Source: a virus (taxonomy: Duplodnaviria; Heunggongvirae; Uroviricota; Caudoviricetes). Taken from it: a stretch of 64,000 bases of DNA. Below the pieces are notes generated by a model. It had not been told where the DNA came from. It did no database searches and saw nothing but the letters and a program-made list of their open reading frames with translations. Both the position numbers and the translations under genes were made by a program. Shown here piece by piece: positions 28,320-36,592 of the stretch; position 1 is the first letter of the stretch; each line of letters starts with the position of its first letter. Location of the stretch: positions 83,598 through 147,597 of the IMG/VR virus record IMGVR_UViG_3300038393_000804; one strand, written 5' to 3'.

Positions 28320-28566
28320 TATTGGTAATGCTAATTTAGTTGTAGAGGAACCTACGGATGATTTATTTGAGAGTGGTGTTGTTGCCGTCGTTACTGTTAC
28401 TGTTCCTGATGGTGATGAGGCTACGATTCATATAGTTGATTCTCAGGGTGAAGAGCCTACGTTAGAGATTGATTATTTGGATAGTCCTTACCGCGGCTAT
28501 ATTGAGGAGGTTTTATCCGAGCCGTTGTTAGATTTAATGTATTCCCTTACGGAGGTTGTTGAATAA
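28312..28566 (+). CDS. acidic hypothetical protein, about 84 aa
   Basis: TAGGAGGAATGTAT RBS before the second ATG. Confidence 0.5.
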   Translation: MFSIGNANLVVEEPTDDLFESGVVAVVTVTVPDGDEATIHIVDSQGEEPTLEIDYLDSPYRGYIEEVLSEPLLDLMYSLTEVVE

Positions 28567-28730
28567 TGAGAGAAATGCAGAGTCATCCAATCATTGATGA
28601 AATGGAAGGCAGTGCTTGTTGTTTACTATGTGGTACATTGGAAGACCCGTTTGCTGGATGTGCGCATAAGCAGGATATGTTATTCGCTTCTATGGAAGGT
28701 AAAAGTGTGATAGAATATAAGTTAAAGTAG
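28566..28730 (+). CDS. small Cys-rich protein, 54 aa (CCLLC...C)
   Basis: ATG overlaps the upstream stop (TAATG); below the ORF-track size cutoff. Confidence 0.35.
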   Translation: MREMQSHPIIDEMEGSACCLLCGTLEDPFAGCAHKQDMLFASMEGKSVIEYKLK

Positions 28731-28799
28731 GGAGGTGCCGCGCTGGTATCTCCCTTTAGTCATGTGAAATTTATTATAAAACTTTGGAGGTATGTTGAC

Positions 28800-29327
28800 A
28801 TGAACATGAATTTTAAATTAGGTAAAGTGATGATTCCAGTACCACAATTAGCTGATGGTATTATTATTGAAGGCTTAGAGGTTTCTGTTTCTGATTATAA
28901 CTTAATGGAAGGTTTGAAAGTATTAAAGGAGCTTCCTGGTATTCTATTTGAACTACGTCAGGTAATGGAAGTAGATTTGGATGAGGCTATGGCGTCCGCC
29001 GCTGATGAGCAGGATGAGAAGGATTTTATGCAAGGCATGCTGGATGACCTTATGAAGAAGACTGGTGCTATTCCTGTTAATCATCCTATTCATGGTAAAG
29101 GCATGGCTATTCCAAAGGATAATCCGTTATTGAAGGCGTTCTTGAAGCATGAGGAGGCAAAGAATGGTGGCGAACTGCCTAAGGATTTGAAAGATATGAT
29201 GGGTGGCAAGTTACCATGGGAAAAGCCAGAGCTTAAAGAGGTTAGCCTGGGTGATTTATTAGGAAAGCTTGGCGGTGGCAAGATGGATTTAGGTCCGCTA
29301 GGAAAGTTATTTGATAAGGAAGCTTAA
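28800..29327 (+). CDS. hypothetical protein, 175 aa
   Basis: TGGAGGT RBS; flanked by two similar GGGAGG...TCTCCCTTT..CATGTGAAA elements. Confidence 0.5.
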   Translation: MNMNFKLGKVMIPVPQLADGIIIEGLEVSVSDYNLMEGLKVLKELPGILFELRQVMEVDLDEAMASAADEQDEKDFMQGMLDDLMKKTGAIPVNHPIHGKGMAIPKDNPLLKAFLKHEEAKNGGELPKDLKDMMGGKLPWEKPELKEVSLGDLLGKLGGGKMDLGPLGKLFDKEA

Positions 29328-29387
29328 TATATGGGGAGGCGGTCTTGGTACTGTCTCCCTTTTCGCATGTGAAAGGAAGTGATACAT

Positions 29388-29564
29388 ATGGCTCTGATAA
29401 GGAGTCTGATTTTCATATGTGGCTTTTTGTTCTTAGGCTTTACGGTATTACCCGCCGTGGTTGCATTCTTGGTTCCCGTTCTAGGTGGACTAGGGATTAT
29501 CTTGGTGGTGATTGGTTGTTTGTGGTTTGTAGGTAAGATGATATTTAAAGGTGGTGAGAGTTAA
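29388..29564 (+). CDS. small membrane protein, 58 aa
   Basis: AAGGAAG RBS; two hydrophobic helices. Confidence 0.45.
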   Translation: MALIRSLIFICGFLFLGFTVLPAVVAFLVPVLGGLGIILVVIGCLWFVGKMIFKGGES

Positions 29565-29650
29565 AAGGTAAGGGTAAGGTTTATTGTATGTTGCTAATCG
29601 CCGTGTGAATAAAATTAATTGGCCCAAAGAGGCATAGGAGGAAATTTATT

Positions 29651-30211
29651 ATGACAACAAAAGTATCAGTAAAGGTTCCAGCAAGAAAATCTACAGCTAA
29701 GGAAAACATCCAAGCGAAAGCTCAGGTTGAAACAAAGAAGGAGGAAAATCAAGTGGCAGAAACTAAAACTACTACACGTAAATCTACACGCCAGTCTACT
29801 GGTTCAAATGCACCAAAGGTTCAGGAGCGTCCTGCTACAAAGCGTAGATTAGGTGCCCAAGCTGTATCTAGTAATGGTATGTGGTATCTTCAGGATTCAG
29901 CAGAGACTGAAGGTGTAACGGCGGATTCTTTCAACGACGCGTTGGGTATTCGTGAAATCAAGGTATACGAGCCTAGTGAGGCACAGTGGAACAATGGTAC
30001 TGTAGCGACGATTACGCTAGAAACCATTATTGGTCAAGTTAAAGGTATTGCCGTGGTTGAGTCTAACCGTGACGACAGTCTTTATGTTCGTATGCAACGT
30101 CGTAGCTACGAGCGTGAAGGTCAGACTCAGTACGTTAGTGATTTGACTCTTGACCGCAAGGTTCAGGCGCAAATCCTACGCTATGTGGACAGCCTATTGG
30201 TTGACGCATAG
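29651..30211 (+). CDS. hypothetical protein with a basic Thr/Lys-rich N-terminus (186 aa), paralog of 43563-44042
   Basis: ATAGGAGGAAAT RBS. The C-terminal AQILRYVDSLLV matches AQILSYVHTLLV in the paralog. Confidence 0.6.
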   Translation: MTTKVSVKVPARKSTAKENIQAKAQVETKKEENQVAETKTTTRKSTRQSTGSNAPKVQERPATKRRLGAQAVSSNGMWYLQDSAETEGVTADSFNDALGIREIKVYEPSEAQWNNGTVATITLETIIGQVKGIAVVESNRDDSLYVRMQRRSYEREGQTQYVSDLTLDRKVQAQILRYVDSLLVDA

Positions 30212-30223
30212 GAAGTTAGGGAA

Positions 30224-30257
30224 GGGATGGTTCTTTTAGAGCTGTCCCTTTTTTTAT
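30224..30257 (+). terminator. Rho-independent terminator (GGGATGG...CTGTCCC plus T7)
   Basis: Stem with wobble pairs and a long T-run. Confidence 0.5.
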
Positions 30258-30390
30258 GTTAAGGGGAGAGTTTCTGGTTGTGCTCTTTCCTTAACAACAG
30301 AGTATAGGTATGGCGGCGTCCTCTTTTTTATACTTGGATATTTTTAACCGAGCGGGATATTCGCCGTTGCACGACGGAAGGAGTGGTTTT

Positions 30391-30708
30391 ATGCATGTAA
30401 AATTAACGAGTGAATTACGCGGTCCAGAAGGAGAGATTCGAGAAGTATTGGTCAAGGTGCAAGGAAATCATGGCAATGGTTCTGTATGGTATATTATTCG
30501 CCCTACGGAAGGCTATGAAACCGATGGTTCTCCTATTGAGCGTGATGACAAGATTCACTATATGCATCCTGAAGTAGAAGGTATTCTTAAGCCTCATGAT
30601 GAATTAGATGTGAGGAAGTACACGTTTATTCCGCATGACCATGTGAAGGAAGTGACAGTCTTCGAGAAGAATACTCAAGCAAAAAGTTTACTGTCGAAGG
30701 AGTGGTAG
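30391..30708 (+). CDS. hypothetical protein, 105 aa
   Basis: GGAAGGAGTGG RBS before the ATG at 30391; the ORF track extends to 30310 with a weak RBS. Confidence 0.5.
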   Translation: MHVKLTSELRGPEGEIREVLVKVQGNHGNGSVWYIIRPTEGYETDGSPIERDDKIHYMHPEVEGILKPHDELDVRKYTFIPHDHVKEVTVFEKNTQAKSLLSKEW

Positions 30709-30710
30709 TC

Positions 30711-30962
30711 GTGGAGATAGAAATTGGTCGTGAATATAATTTTTACAGCCAGCATCGCTCAAGAAATGATGACAGTTATATCTTCAGAGGTATTGTTACA
30801 GAGCATCGACACAGCGATGTATGGTCAGTTAGAATTACTGAGTTTACTGTATCGAAAGGGCATGACCCTGGAGATGTAATTGGCATTGATGAATCACGAT
30901 TTAAATCGTTGGTTGCTCGAACTAATAGGGAAGCAAAAAGATTATTACAGGGGGAATTTTAA
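30711..30962 (+). CDS. hypothetical protein, about 83 aa
   Basis: GAAGGAG RBS, GTG start. Confidence 0.4.
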   Translation: MEIEIGREYNFYSQHRSRNDDSYIFRGIVTEHRHSDVWSVRITEFTVSKGHDPGDVIGIDESRFKSLVARTNREAKRLLQGEF

Positions 30963-31220
30963 ATGACAAGCGAACTAATGAATATGGTATCACCAAAGCA
31001 ATTGTATAAAGTGGTTGGTATTGCAATACATCCTGAAGCAGGAGTTCACGTTGATGAAGGTAGATTATACGCCGCTCATTCAGCACTTGAAGCAGTTGTA
31101 CTGGCACAGAAGTTCTGGACAGAACAAATGGGCTTCACATCGTTTAATGGGTATGGAAAATTAATTGACCGCGTCGATGGCTACAAGATTGTGCTAGTTG
31201 ATGACGGAATGGAGGCTTAA
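30963..31220 (+). CDS. hypothetical protein, 85 aa
   Basis: GGGGGAAT RBS. Confidence 0.5.
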   Translation: MTSELMNMVSPKQLYKVVGIAIHPEAGVHVDEGRLYAAHSALEAVVLAQKFWTEQMGFTSFNGYGKLIDRVDGYKIVLVDDGMEA

Positions 31221-31364
31221 ATGTACGCATTATTTTTGGCAGTCTTTGCCTGTTTTGTAATTGGAATTCTGGACAAAAGATGGGGCATGGTTTTAGGAGG
31301 CATTGTCCTCCTTTTAGTTTTCTTGGTAGGTGGATTTTTTACACTACTTACCATGATGCATTGA
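31221..31364 (+). CDS. small membrane peptide, 47 aa
   Basis: GGAGG RBS; single TM helix; below the ORF-track cutoff. Confidence 0.35.
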   Translation: MYALFLAVFACFVIGILDKRWGMVLGGIVLLLVFLVGGFFTLLTMMH

Positions 31365-31373
31365 GGTGATTGT

Positions 31374-31493
31374 ATGTTAATGTATTATGCGCTAGTACTT
31401 ATTACAATGATTGGCGCAGGATTTTTCTACGGCCCGATTCTAGCGAAGTGGGCTGTTAAGTTATGGCGAATCTTTTTCGGAGGTACTAAGTAA
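31374..31493 (+). CDS. small membrane peptide, 39 aa
   Basis: GAGGTGA RBS; hydrophobic. Confidence 0.3.
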   Translation: MLMYYALVLITMIGAGFFYGPILAKWAVKLWRIFFGGTK

Positions 31494-32515
31494 TGGATGA
31501 TAAGGATTTACAGCGCTTGTTAAACGAGGGCTTAAATAGAATACAACAACAAAAACAAACTAGGAGTGAAAGAAGCATGAACTTAAATATCGAAGAGAAA
31601 GAATTATACACAAAGTACAAGAAGAAAGCTGTTAAAATTGGTGGGTTTGTTGTAGCTGCTATTATTGCTGGAACGATTATTGGTCAAAGCTCTGATATTA
31701 TTCAACCTGGATACAAAGGCGTCCAGTTCAGTTTGTCTGGCGGCTTAAAGAAAGAAGTTCTTAACCAAGGGTTACGCTGGCATGCACCATGGGTAGATGT
31801 GACGCAGTACCCTGTATCAACTGAAACGGTTTATCTTACTAAGAAGGAAACAAAGAACTCTCCAGGGAATGAAGATTTCGACATCAATACTTCTGATGGT
31901 AAGTCAGTGAATGTTGACGTAGTTTATTCTTACCACATGGAAGATGATAAGCTTCCACATATCTTTACCAAGTTCCGTCGTAAAGAGGCTCCAGAAATTG
32001 AAGAGAGCTACATTAAGACCCAGATTAAAACAGTTATGCAGGAAGTTTCTACTCGTTACGGAGTGTTAGCAATGTATGCTGAACAACGTGACAAGGCTAC
32101 AAAAGAAATGGAGTCTGAACTTGCTAAGATTCTAGCGAAAGATGGCATCATGCTTGAAAGTTTCGCATTATCTGATGTTCGTCCTGATAAGACAACATTG
32201 AAATCCTTACAGCAAATTGCTGATGCACAGAACCGTAATGAGTTCTTAAAGCGTGAGCAACGCAACAAAGAGCAAGAGATGATTAACGATAAGATTGACG
32301 CCGACAACAAGGCTCAGGTTCAAGTTATTCAGGCTCAAGCTGCTGCTAAAGAAGTACAAATCAAGGCTGATGCACAAGCTAAGGCGAATGCTAAGCTGGA
32401 ACAATCATTAACTCCTGCTATCATTCAAGATAACTGGATTAAGAAATGGAATGGTTCTGTTCCTCAGGTTCAAGGTGGCAACACACCAATGATTCAATTA
32501 CCAGCATCTAAATAA
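31493..32515 (+). CDS. SPFH/band-7 (prohibitin/HflK-like) membrane protein, 340 aa
   Basis: N-terminal TM helix followed by an SPFH-like core (TSDGKSVNVDVVYSYHMEDD, coiled-coil QAQAAAKEVQIKADAQAKA, IQDNWIKKWNG). Confidence 0.65.
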   Translation: MDDKDLQRLLNEGLNRIQQQKQTRSERSMNLNIEEKELYTKYKKKAVKIGGFVVAAIIAGTIIGQSSDIIQPGYKGVQFSLSGGLKKEVLNQGLRWHAPWVDVTQYPVSTETVYLTKKETKNSPGNEDFDINTSDGKSVNVDVVYSYHMEDDKLPHIFTKFRRKEAPEIEESYIKTQIKTVMQEVSTRYGVLAMYAEQRDKATKEMESELAKILAKDGIMLESFALSDVRPDKTTLKSLQQIADAQNRNEFLKREQRNKEQEMINDKIDADNKAQVQVIQAQAAAKEVQIKADAQAKANAKLEQSLTPAIIQDNWIKKWNGSVPQVQGGNTPMIQLPASK

Positions 32516-32523
32516 TTAAACTA

Positions 32524-32551
32524 GGGTTGTCCTTCGGGGCAGCCCTTTTTT
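32524..32551 (+). terminator. UUCG-loop terminator (GGGTTGTCC-TTCG-GGGCAGCCC plus T7)
   Basis: Read directly; followed by the conserved GTGTGAAGGGGAGGGA RBS element. Confidence 0.7.
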
Positions 32552-32572
32552 TGTGTGAAGGGGAGGGAATTT

Positions 32573-32707
32573 TATGTTGCTTACAACGATTATCTTATTG
32601 TTTCTTTGTTATCTTATTTTCTGGGGACCAGGCAGAGAATGGGGATGCCTTGGCATTGCTTTTCTAATTGTTTTTGTAATGATGACCATTGCGTCATGTT
32701 CAATGTA
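32573..32707 (+). CDS. small membrane peptide, 44 aa
   Basis: GGGGAGGGAAT RBS. Confidence 0.35.
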
Positions 32708-32722
32708 GAGGGGGAAATCGTA

Positions 32723-33166
32723 ATGAAATTTGGGGATAAAGTTTCTTATCGTAATCGTACTTTTTATTTTGTGGACATCATGTTTGATGCCAATATGGTT
32801 GCTCTGTCACCACGTAAGATGAAAGCAATTGGTGAAGTTCCATTTAGTGAATTTGTTTTCGCTAAGATTAGTGATGTGTTATCAGAAGGAGGAGATGCAA
32901 GATTGAATTTTGATGTTCAGAATTACAAGGGCATTCCGATTCGACTGATTGATAGAAGTTATAAAGGCTACAATGCTAAGCGCTATGTGATTATCAGCAG
33001 CGCTGACGGATTCCAAACCAATCAGAATATATGGATTCCATGTAAGCATCTTGAAGAAGATGGAACAATTAAGTTGGGTGAGAATCTCGACTACATATTT
33101 TTGAAAGCTAAGCGTCAGCTTGAATTAGCTGGCTGGATGATGTATTTTAAACCGATTGGAGGCTAG
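32723..33166 (+). CDS. hypothetical protein, 147 aa
   Basis: GAGGGGGAAAT RBS; the ORF-track N-terminal extension lacks an RBS. Confidence 0.55.
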   Translation: MKFGDKVSYRNRTFYFVDIMFDANMVALSPRKMKAIGEVPFSEFVFAKISDVLSEGGDARLNFDVQNYKGIPIRLIDRSYKGYNAKRYVIISSADGFQTNQNIWIPCKHLEEDGTIKLGENLDYIFLKAKRQLELAGWMMYFKPIGG

Positions 33167-33168
33167 TC

Positions 33169-33303
33169 ATGCATTTACATTGGTGGTGGTATTTAATTGC
33201 CGCATGCATAGCTTACTTTGCTACTTTTATTTTTGACCAGTTTAAAGAAGCACCAATGGAGGAGGAGAATCACAATGCCGAAGATAAATACAAAGGTAAA
33301 TGA
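33169..33303 (+). CDS. small membrane peptide, 44 aa
   Basis: GGAGGCTAGTC RBS. Confidence 0.3.
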   Translation: MHLHWWWYLIAACIAYFATFIFDQFKEAPMEEENHNAEDKYKGK

Positions 33304-33424
33304 AAAAGGATTATCGCATTTAACCCAGCAATACTTAAATAAAATTATCGTAAAGGAGAATGAGAATGGACCCGTTAGAACTGTTGAAGCCGTCAATGCC
33401 ACCAGCAAGAAAGCTGTTAGTTGA
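33275..33424 (+). CDS. hypothetical small protein, 49 aa
   Basis: GGAGGAGGAG RBS. Confidence 0.35.
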   Translation: MPKINTKVNEKGLSHLTQQYLNKIIVKENENGPVRTVEAVNATSKKAVS

Positions 33425-33542
33425 AACGTTCGTATTTGCTCATGGATATGAAAGCTTTATTGATAGGAACCCGTACATTGAACCAATCAGTCTGATTGTA
33501 TTTGATGGCAAGCTAGTACTAACTTATAAGGAGCCGTTCTGA
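33366..33542 (+). CDS. hypothetical small protein, 58 aa
   Basis: AAAGGAGAATGAGA RBS. Confidence 0.45.
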   Translation: MDPLELLKPSMPPARKLLVETFVFAHGYESFIDRNPYIEPISLIVFDGKLVLTYKEPF

Positions 33543-33724
33543 TGACAAATCCAAATGAAGAAAAGGAATATCCTACCCGTCGCTTTATTCAAGCTGAAGA
33601 AGGCATCTGTCGAGATGCTTTTCATAATATCGTGGTTCTAGGTTCTTTGCCTGCTACAGAAGATGTGGGCAGCATTGATGAATTCTATTGTCCAACGTGC
33701 AATAAATTTTGGAGGGAAGCGTGA
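33542..33724 (+). CDS. small zinc-ribbon-like protein, 60 aa (C...H...CPTC)
   Basis: Cys/His spacing read from the translation. Confidence 0.45.
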   Translation: MTNPNEEKEYPTRRFIQAEEGICRDAFHNIVVLGSLPATEDVGSIDEFYCPTCNKFWREA

Positions 33725-33933
33725 TGGCAAAAATTAAAATTGAAGTTGAAGTACAAGACCATGGCACTGGCAATCACGATGGCATACAAACAAACGTTGC
33801 CTTAGAGGAGTCTTCTCATTATAGAGACTCTGTTGAACTTTATATATATGGCTCTTATGGTGAAACAGAAAGCCGCGTTATTCATATTAACAAGGCTGAA
33901 CTAAAAAAGGCTGTTCAATTATTATGTGACTAG
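33724..33933 (+). CDS. hypothetical small protein, 69 aa
   Basis: TTGGAGGGAAG RBS. Confidence 0.45.
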   Translation: MAKIKIEVEVQDHGTGNHDGIQTNVALEESSHYRDSVELYIYGSYGETESRVIHINKAELKKAVQLLCD

Positions 33934-33943
33934 GAGTGATTAG

Positions 33944-35197
33944 ATGAACGAAATGGAATTTGCTAATGCAGTGCATGAAGCTGGGGGTATTGCTTACCGT
34001 GTGGGTGGCAGCATCCGTAATAAAATCTTGGGCATTCCCGTTCATGATAATGATTATTGTGTTACTGGTTTAACAGGAGAACAATTTGAAAGATTATTTC
34101 CTCGTGCTTATTCTGTTGGGCTTAGCTTTCATGTATATCTTCTAGAAATCGGAGAAGAAATATGTGAGGTAGCTTTTGCTAGGAGAGAAAAGAAAGTGGG
34201 CGAAGGACACAGAGGATTTGAAATAGATTCTAGTCCCGACATTACGATTGAAGAAGACTTATCTCGTCGTGATTTTACAATGAATGCGATTGCTTATAAC
34301 ATTCTTCGAGATGAGCTTTATGACCCATTTAGCGGTCAGAGAGACATTAAGAATAAAATAATCAATGCAACAACAGAAGCGTTTAAAGAAGACCCATTAA
34401 GGGTTTATCGGGCCGCACGATTTGCTGCTCAATTAGGATTTGATGTACATCCGAATACATTAGAAATGATGAAGGATGAAACTCTACAAGAGGAGATGAA
34501 GTCATTATCGGTTGAACGTGTTTATCTTGAACTAGAAAAAGCTTTAGAGTCTGACCACCCAGAAAAGTTTTTTGAAGTACTGAAAAATGGGCAGTGCCTA
34601 CAGGTTCACTTCAAAGAAGTTTATGACTTAATTGGTGTGGAGCAACATCCTGAACATCATCCAGAGGGTGATGCGTATAATCATACGATGCAGGTTTTGT
34701 CTGAGATGTGCAAGCTAACAGACCAAGTTGAAAGGAGATTTACTGCTCTTTGTCATGACTTTGGTAAGGCTCGTACTCCTAAAGAGTTGTGGCCTAAGCA
34801 TCATGGTCATGAAGAAGCTGGTGTAGCACCGCTAGAAGAAATATGTATTCGTTTGAAGCTTCCGAAAAAATGGTTTAATGCCGCTCATTTTGGCGTTCTT
34901 AATCATATGAGATTTCATCGTGTTCATGAAATGAGGGACGTGAAGAAAGTCGATATGATTGAAGGAGCTAGAAAAAGTGCATTGGGTGTTGAAGGTCTTG
35001 CTCAATTAGGATTAGCAGATGCTCGTGGTCGGAATGGATTACATGAAGGACATTCTAATTACGGGCCATTTCTATTCTGGGCTAATGAGATTTCTAAAGT
35101 TAAAGGTAATAAGGAACTTGAAGGCATGAAAGCGTGGGATGACAAAAGAAAGAGACAGGCTGCTCTTATAAAACAAATCAAAGGAGAGAGCAAATGA
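33944..35197 (+). CDS. cca: CCA-adding tRNA nucleotidyltransferase / poly(A) polymerase family enzyme with a C-terminal HD domain
   Basis: Head domain GGSIRN...HDNDY (GGxxR[DN]...DxD), RRDFTMNAIAY, and an HD domain (HDFGK, HGHEEAG). Confidence 0.8.
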   Translation: MNEMEFANAVHEAGGIAYRVGGSIRNKILGIPVHDNDYCVTGLTGEQFERLFPRAYSVGLSFHVYLLEIGEEICEVAFARREKKVGEGHRGFEIDSSPDITIEEDLSRRDFTMNAIAYNILRDELYDPFSGQRDIKNKIINATTEAFKEDPLRVYRAARFAAQLGFDVHPNTLEMMKDETLQEEMKSLSVERVYLELEKALESDHPEKFFEVLKNGQCLQVHFKEVYDLIGVEQHPEHHPEGDAYNHTMQVLSEMCKLTDQVERRFTALCHDFGKARTPKELWPKHHGHEEAGVAPLEEICIRLKLPKKWFNAAHFGVLNHMRFHRVHEMRDVKKVDMIEGARKSALGVEGLAQLGLADARGRNGLHEGHSNYGPFLFWANEISKVKGNKELEGMKAWDDKRKRQAALIKQIKGESK

Positions 35198-35658
35198 TTA
35201 ATATAGGGCAAAAGTCAGTCGAACTTTACGAGATGCTGAAATCTGGCAAGAAAGTAACGACTGTTAGTGAAAATGGTTTGAAGTACAACGAAGATTGGAA
35301 CAACCCTGATTCAGGATGTTGGTCAAGTACAAATACTCGGCTGACTCCTGTTCTTTATTTCTGGTGTAATCCACAGATGAATCGGATGATAGGCAGGCTA
35401 GCCGATGGCAGGGAGAAAGATATCTCGCTTGGATTTCTGGATTTATATTCTCATAAGTTCATGGAATATATTGAAGAGCCAAAGCCAAATGGCTGGAGGG
35501 ATGTGTTTGACGCAAAGAGGATGATGCCAAAATCCTGGCGGGAATGTATACACACAGCAAAGGACCTTAAATACAACTACATCTGTTGGAATGGCAGAGT
35601 GTTCTCTACTAGAGATGATTATCAAGCTTTTCCAGTATGCAATGAGGATGAGCTTTGA
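35194..35658 (+). CDS. hypothetical protein, 154 aa
   Basis: Overlapping ATGA start/stop junction. Confidence 0.5.
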   Translation: MINIGQKSVELYEMLKSGKKVTTVSENGLKYNEDWNNPDSGCWSSTNTRLTPVLYFWCNPQMNRMIGRLADGREKDISLGFLDLYSHKFMEYIEEPKPNGWRDVFDAKRMMPKSWRECIHTAKDLKYNYICWNGRVFSTRDDYQAFPVCNEDEL

Positions 35659-35794
35659 TGAATAGTTTCTTTCATGATTGGTGGCAATTGGAGCTTCAGA
35701 AACTTCACTTTATAGGGCATTATTGGCCCGCTATTATACCTATTGTTATTCTTTATTTTGCTTTACGATACTGGTTTGCGAAGGAGTAGATAAT

Positions 35795-36055
35795 ATGGCT
35801 AGTCAATTAACTTGGGGACAAATGAAAGAAAAATTTAAGGATGCGCCCGACAATGCTTTAATCGTGGCTCATACTCACAACAGCATGGAGATGGGTAACG
35901 CTACCGTTAATGCTTATGCTTCACAGCGCAAGATGGTATTGGAGCGTCGTGATTTTGTTGATGCATTTGATTATACTCGTTACAGCAGCGATGTTTATAC
36001 ATCTGCTAAAGAAGATGACAAAGATGCTGTTGATGTAATTTACGTAGGAGGCTGA
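35795..36055 (+). CDS. hypothetical protein, 86 aa
   Basis: GAAGGAGTAG RBS before the ATG at 35795. Confidence 0.5.
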   Translation: MASQLTWGQMKEKFKDAPDNALIVAHTHNSMEMGNATVNAYASQRKMVLERRDFVDAFDYTRYSSDVYTSAKEDDKDAVDVIYVGG

Positions 36056-36059
36056 TATA

Positions 36060-36344
36060 ATGGATGTCCATATTAATGAAAATCCAGAAGTAGGAGAAGG
36101 GGATTTAATATTTGTTGACGATATGATGCGCGGCAGACAGTACATGGTTGTTGCTCTTAATCTCACTAAAATTGTCGATGATAGTGGGAAAAAAGTATCC
36201 TATCGTTATGGCTTAGTTGATTTAGCATGGGGTAAGTTAATAGCCATGTTTGAAACAAGCTCTCACTTGCAACGACAAGTTGATAACTGGATGTGTAGTG
36301 TTCATAAGTCCAGGGATTATACGATGAATCTAAGGAGGAAATAA
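36060..36344 (+). CDS. hypothetical protein, 94 aa
   Basis: TAGGAGGCTG RBS. Confidence 0.5.
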   Translation: MDVHINENPEVGEGDLIFVDDMMRGRQYMVVALNLTKIVDDSGKKVSYRYGLVDLAWGKLIAMFETSSHLQRQVDNWMCSVHKSRDYTMNLRRK

Positions 36345-36345
36345 G

Positions 36346-36540
36346 ATGAGGATGCAAGACATCGCGGTCATGTTCATTTTGGCTGACGTTGCGCTCAGCG
36401 CCGTAGGCAAATTAGGAGACAAGACATGTGAATCTTTAGGGTATGTTTACAACAATGTTGCTGGTTTAAATGCAAGAGAATTCATTGATGAAGTCGTACC
36501 AACTGTTATGAATTACATCAATGCAAGGGTAATTAACTAA
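36346..36540 (+). CDS. hypothetical small protein, 64 aa
   Basis: AAGGAGGAAAT RBS. Confidence 0.45.
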   Translation: MRMQDIAVMFILADVALSAVGKLGDKTCESLGYVYNNVAGLNAREFIDEVVPTVMNYINARVIN

Positions 36541-36592
36541 TTGTTATTGGTTTGCTAACAAAAATTCGGATGTAAAAAAGGAGACGATTTTA

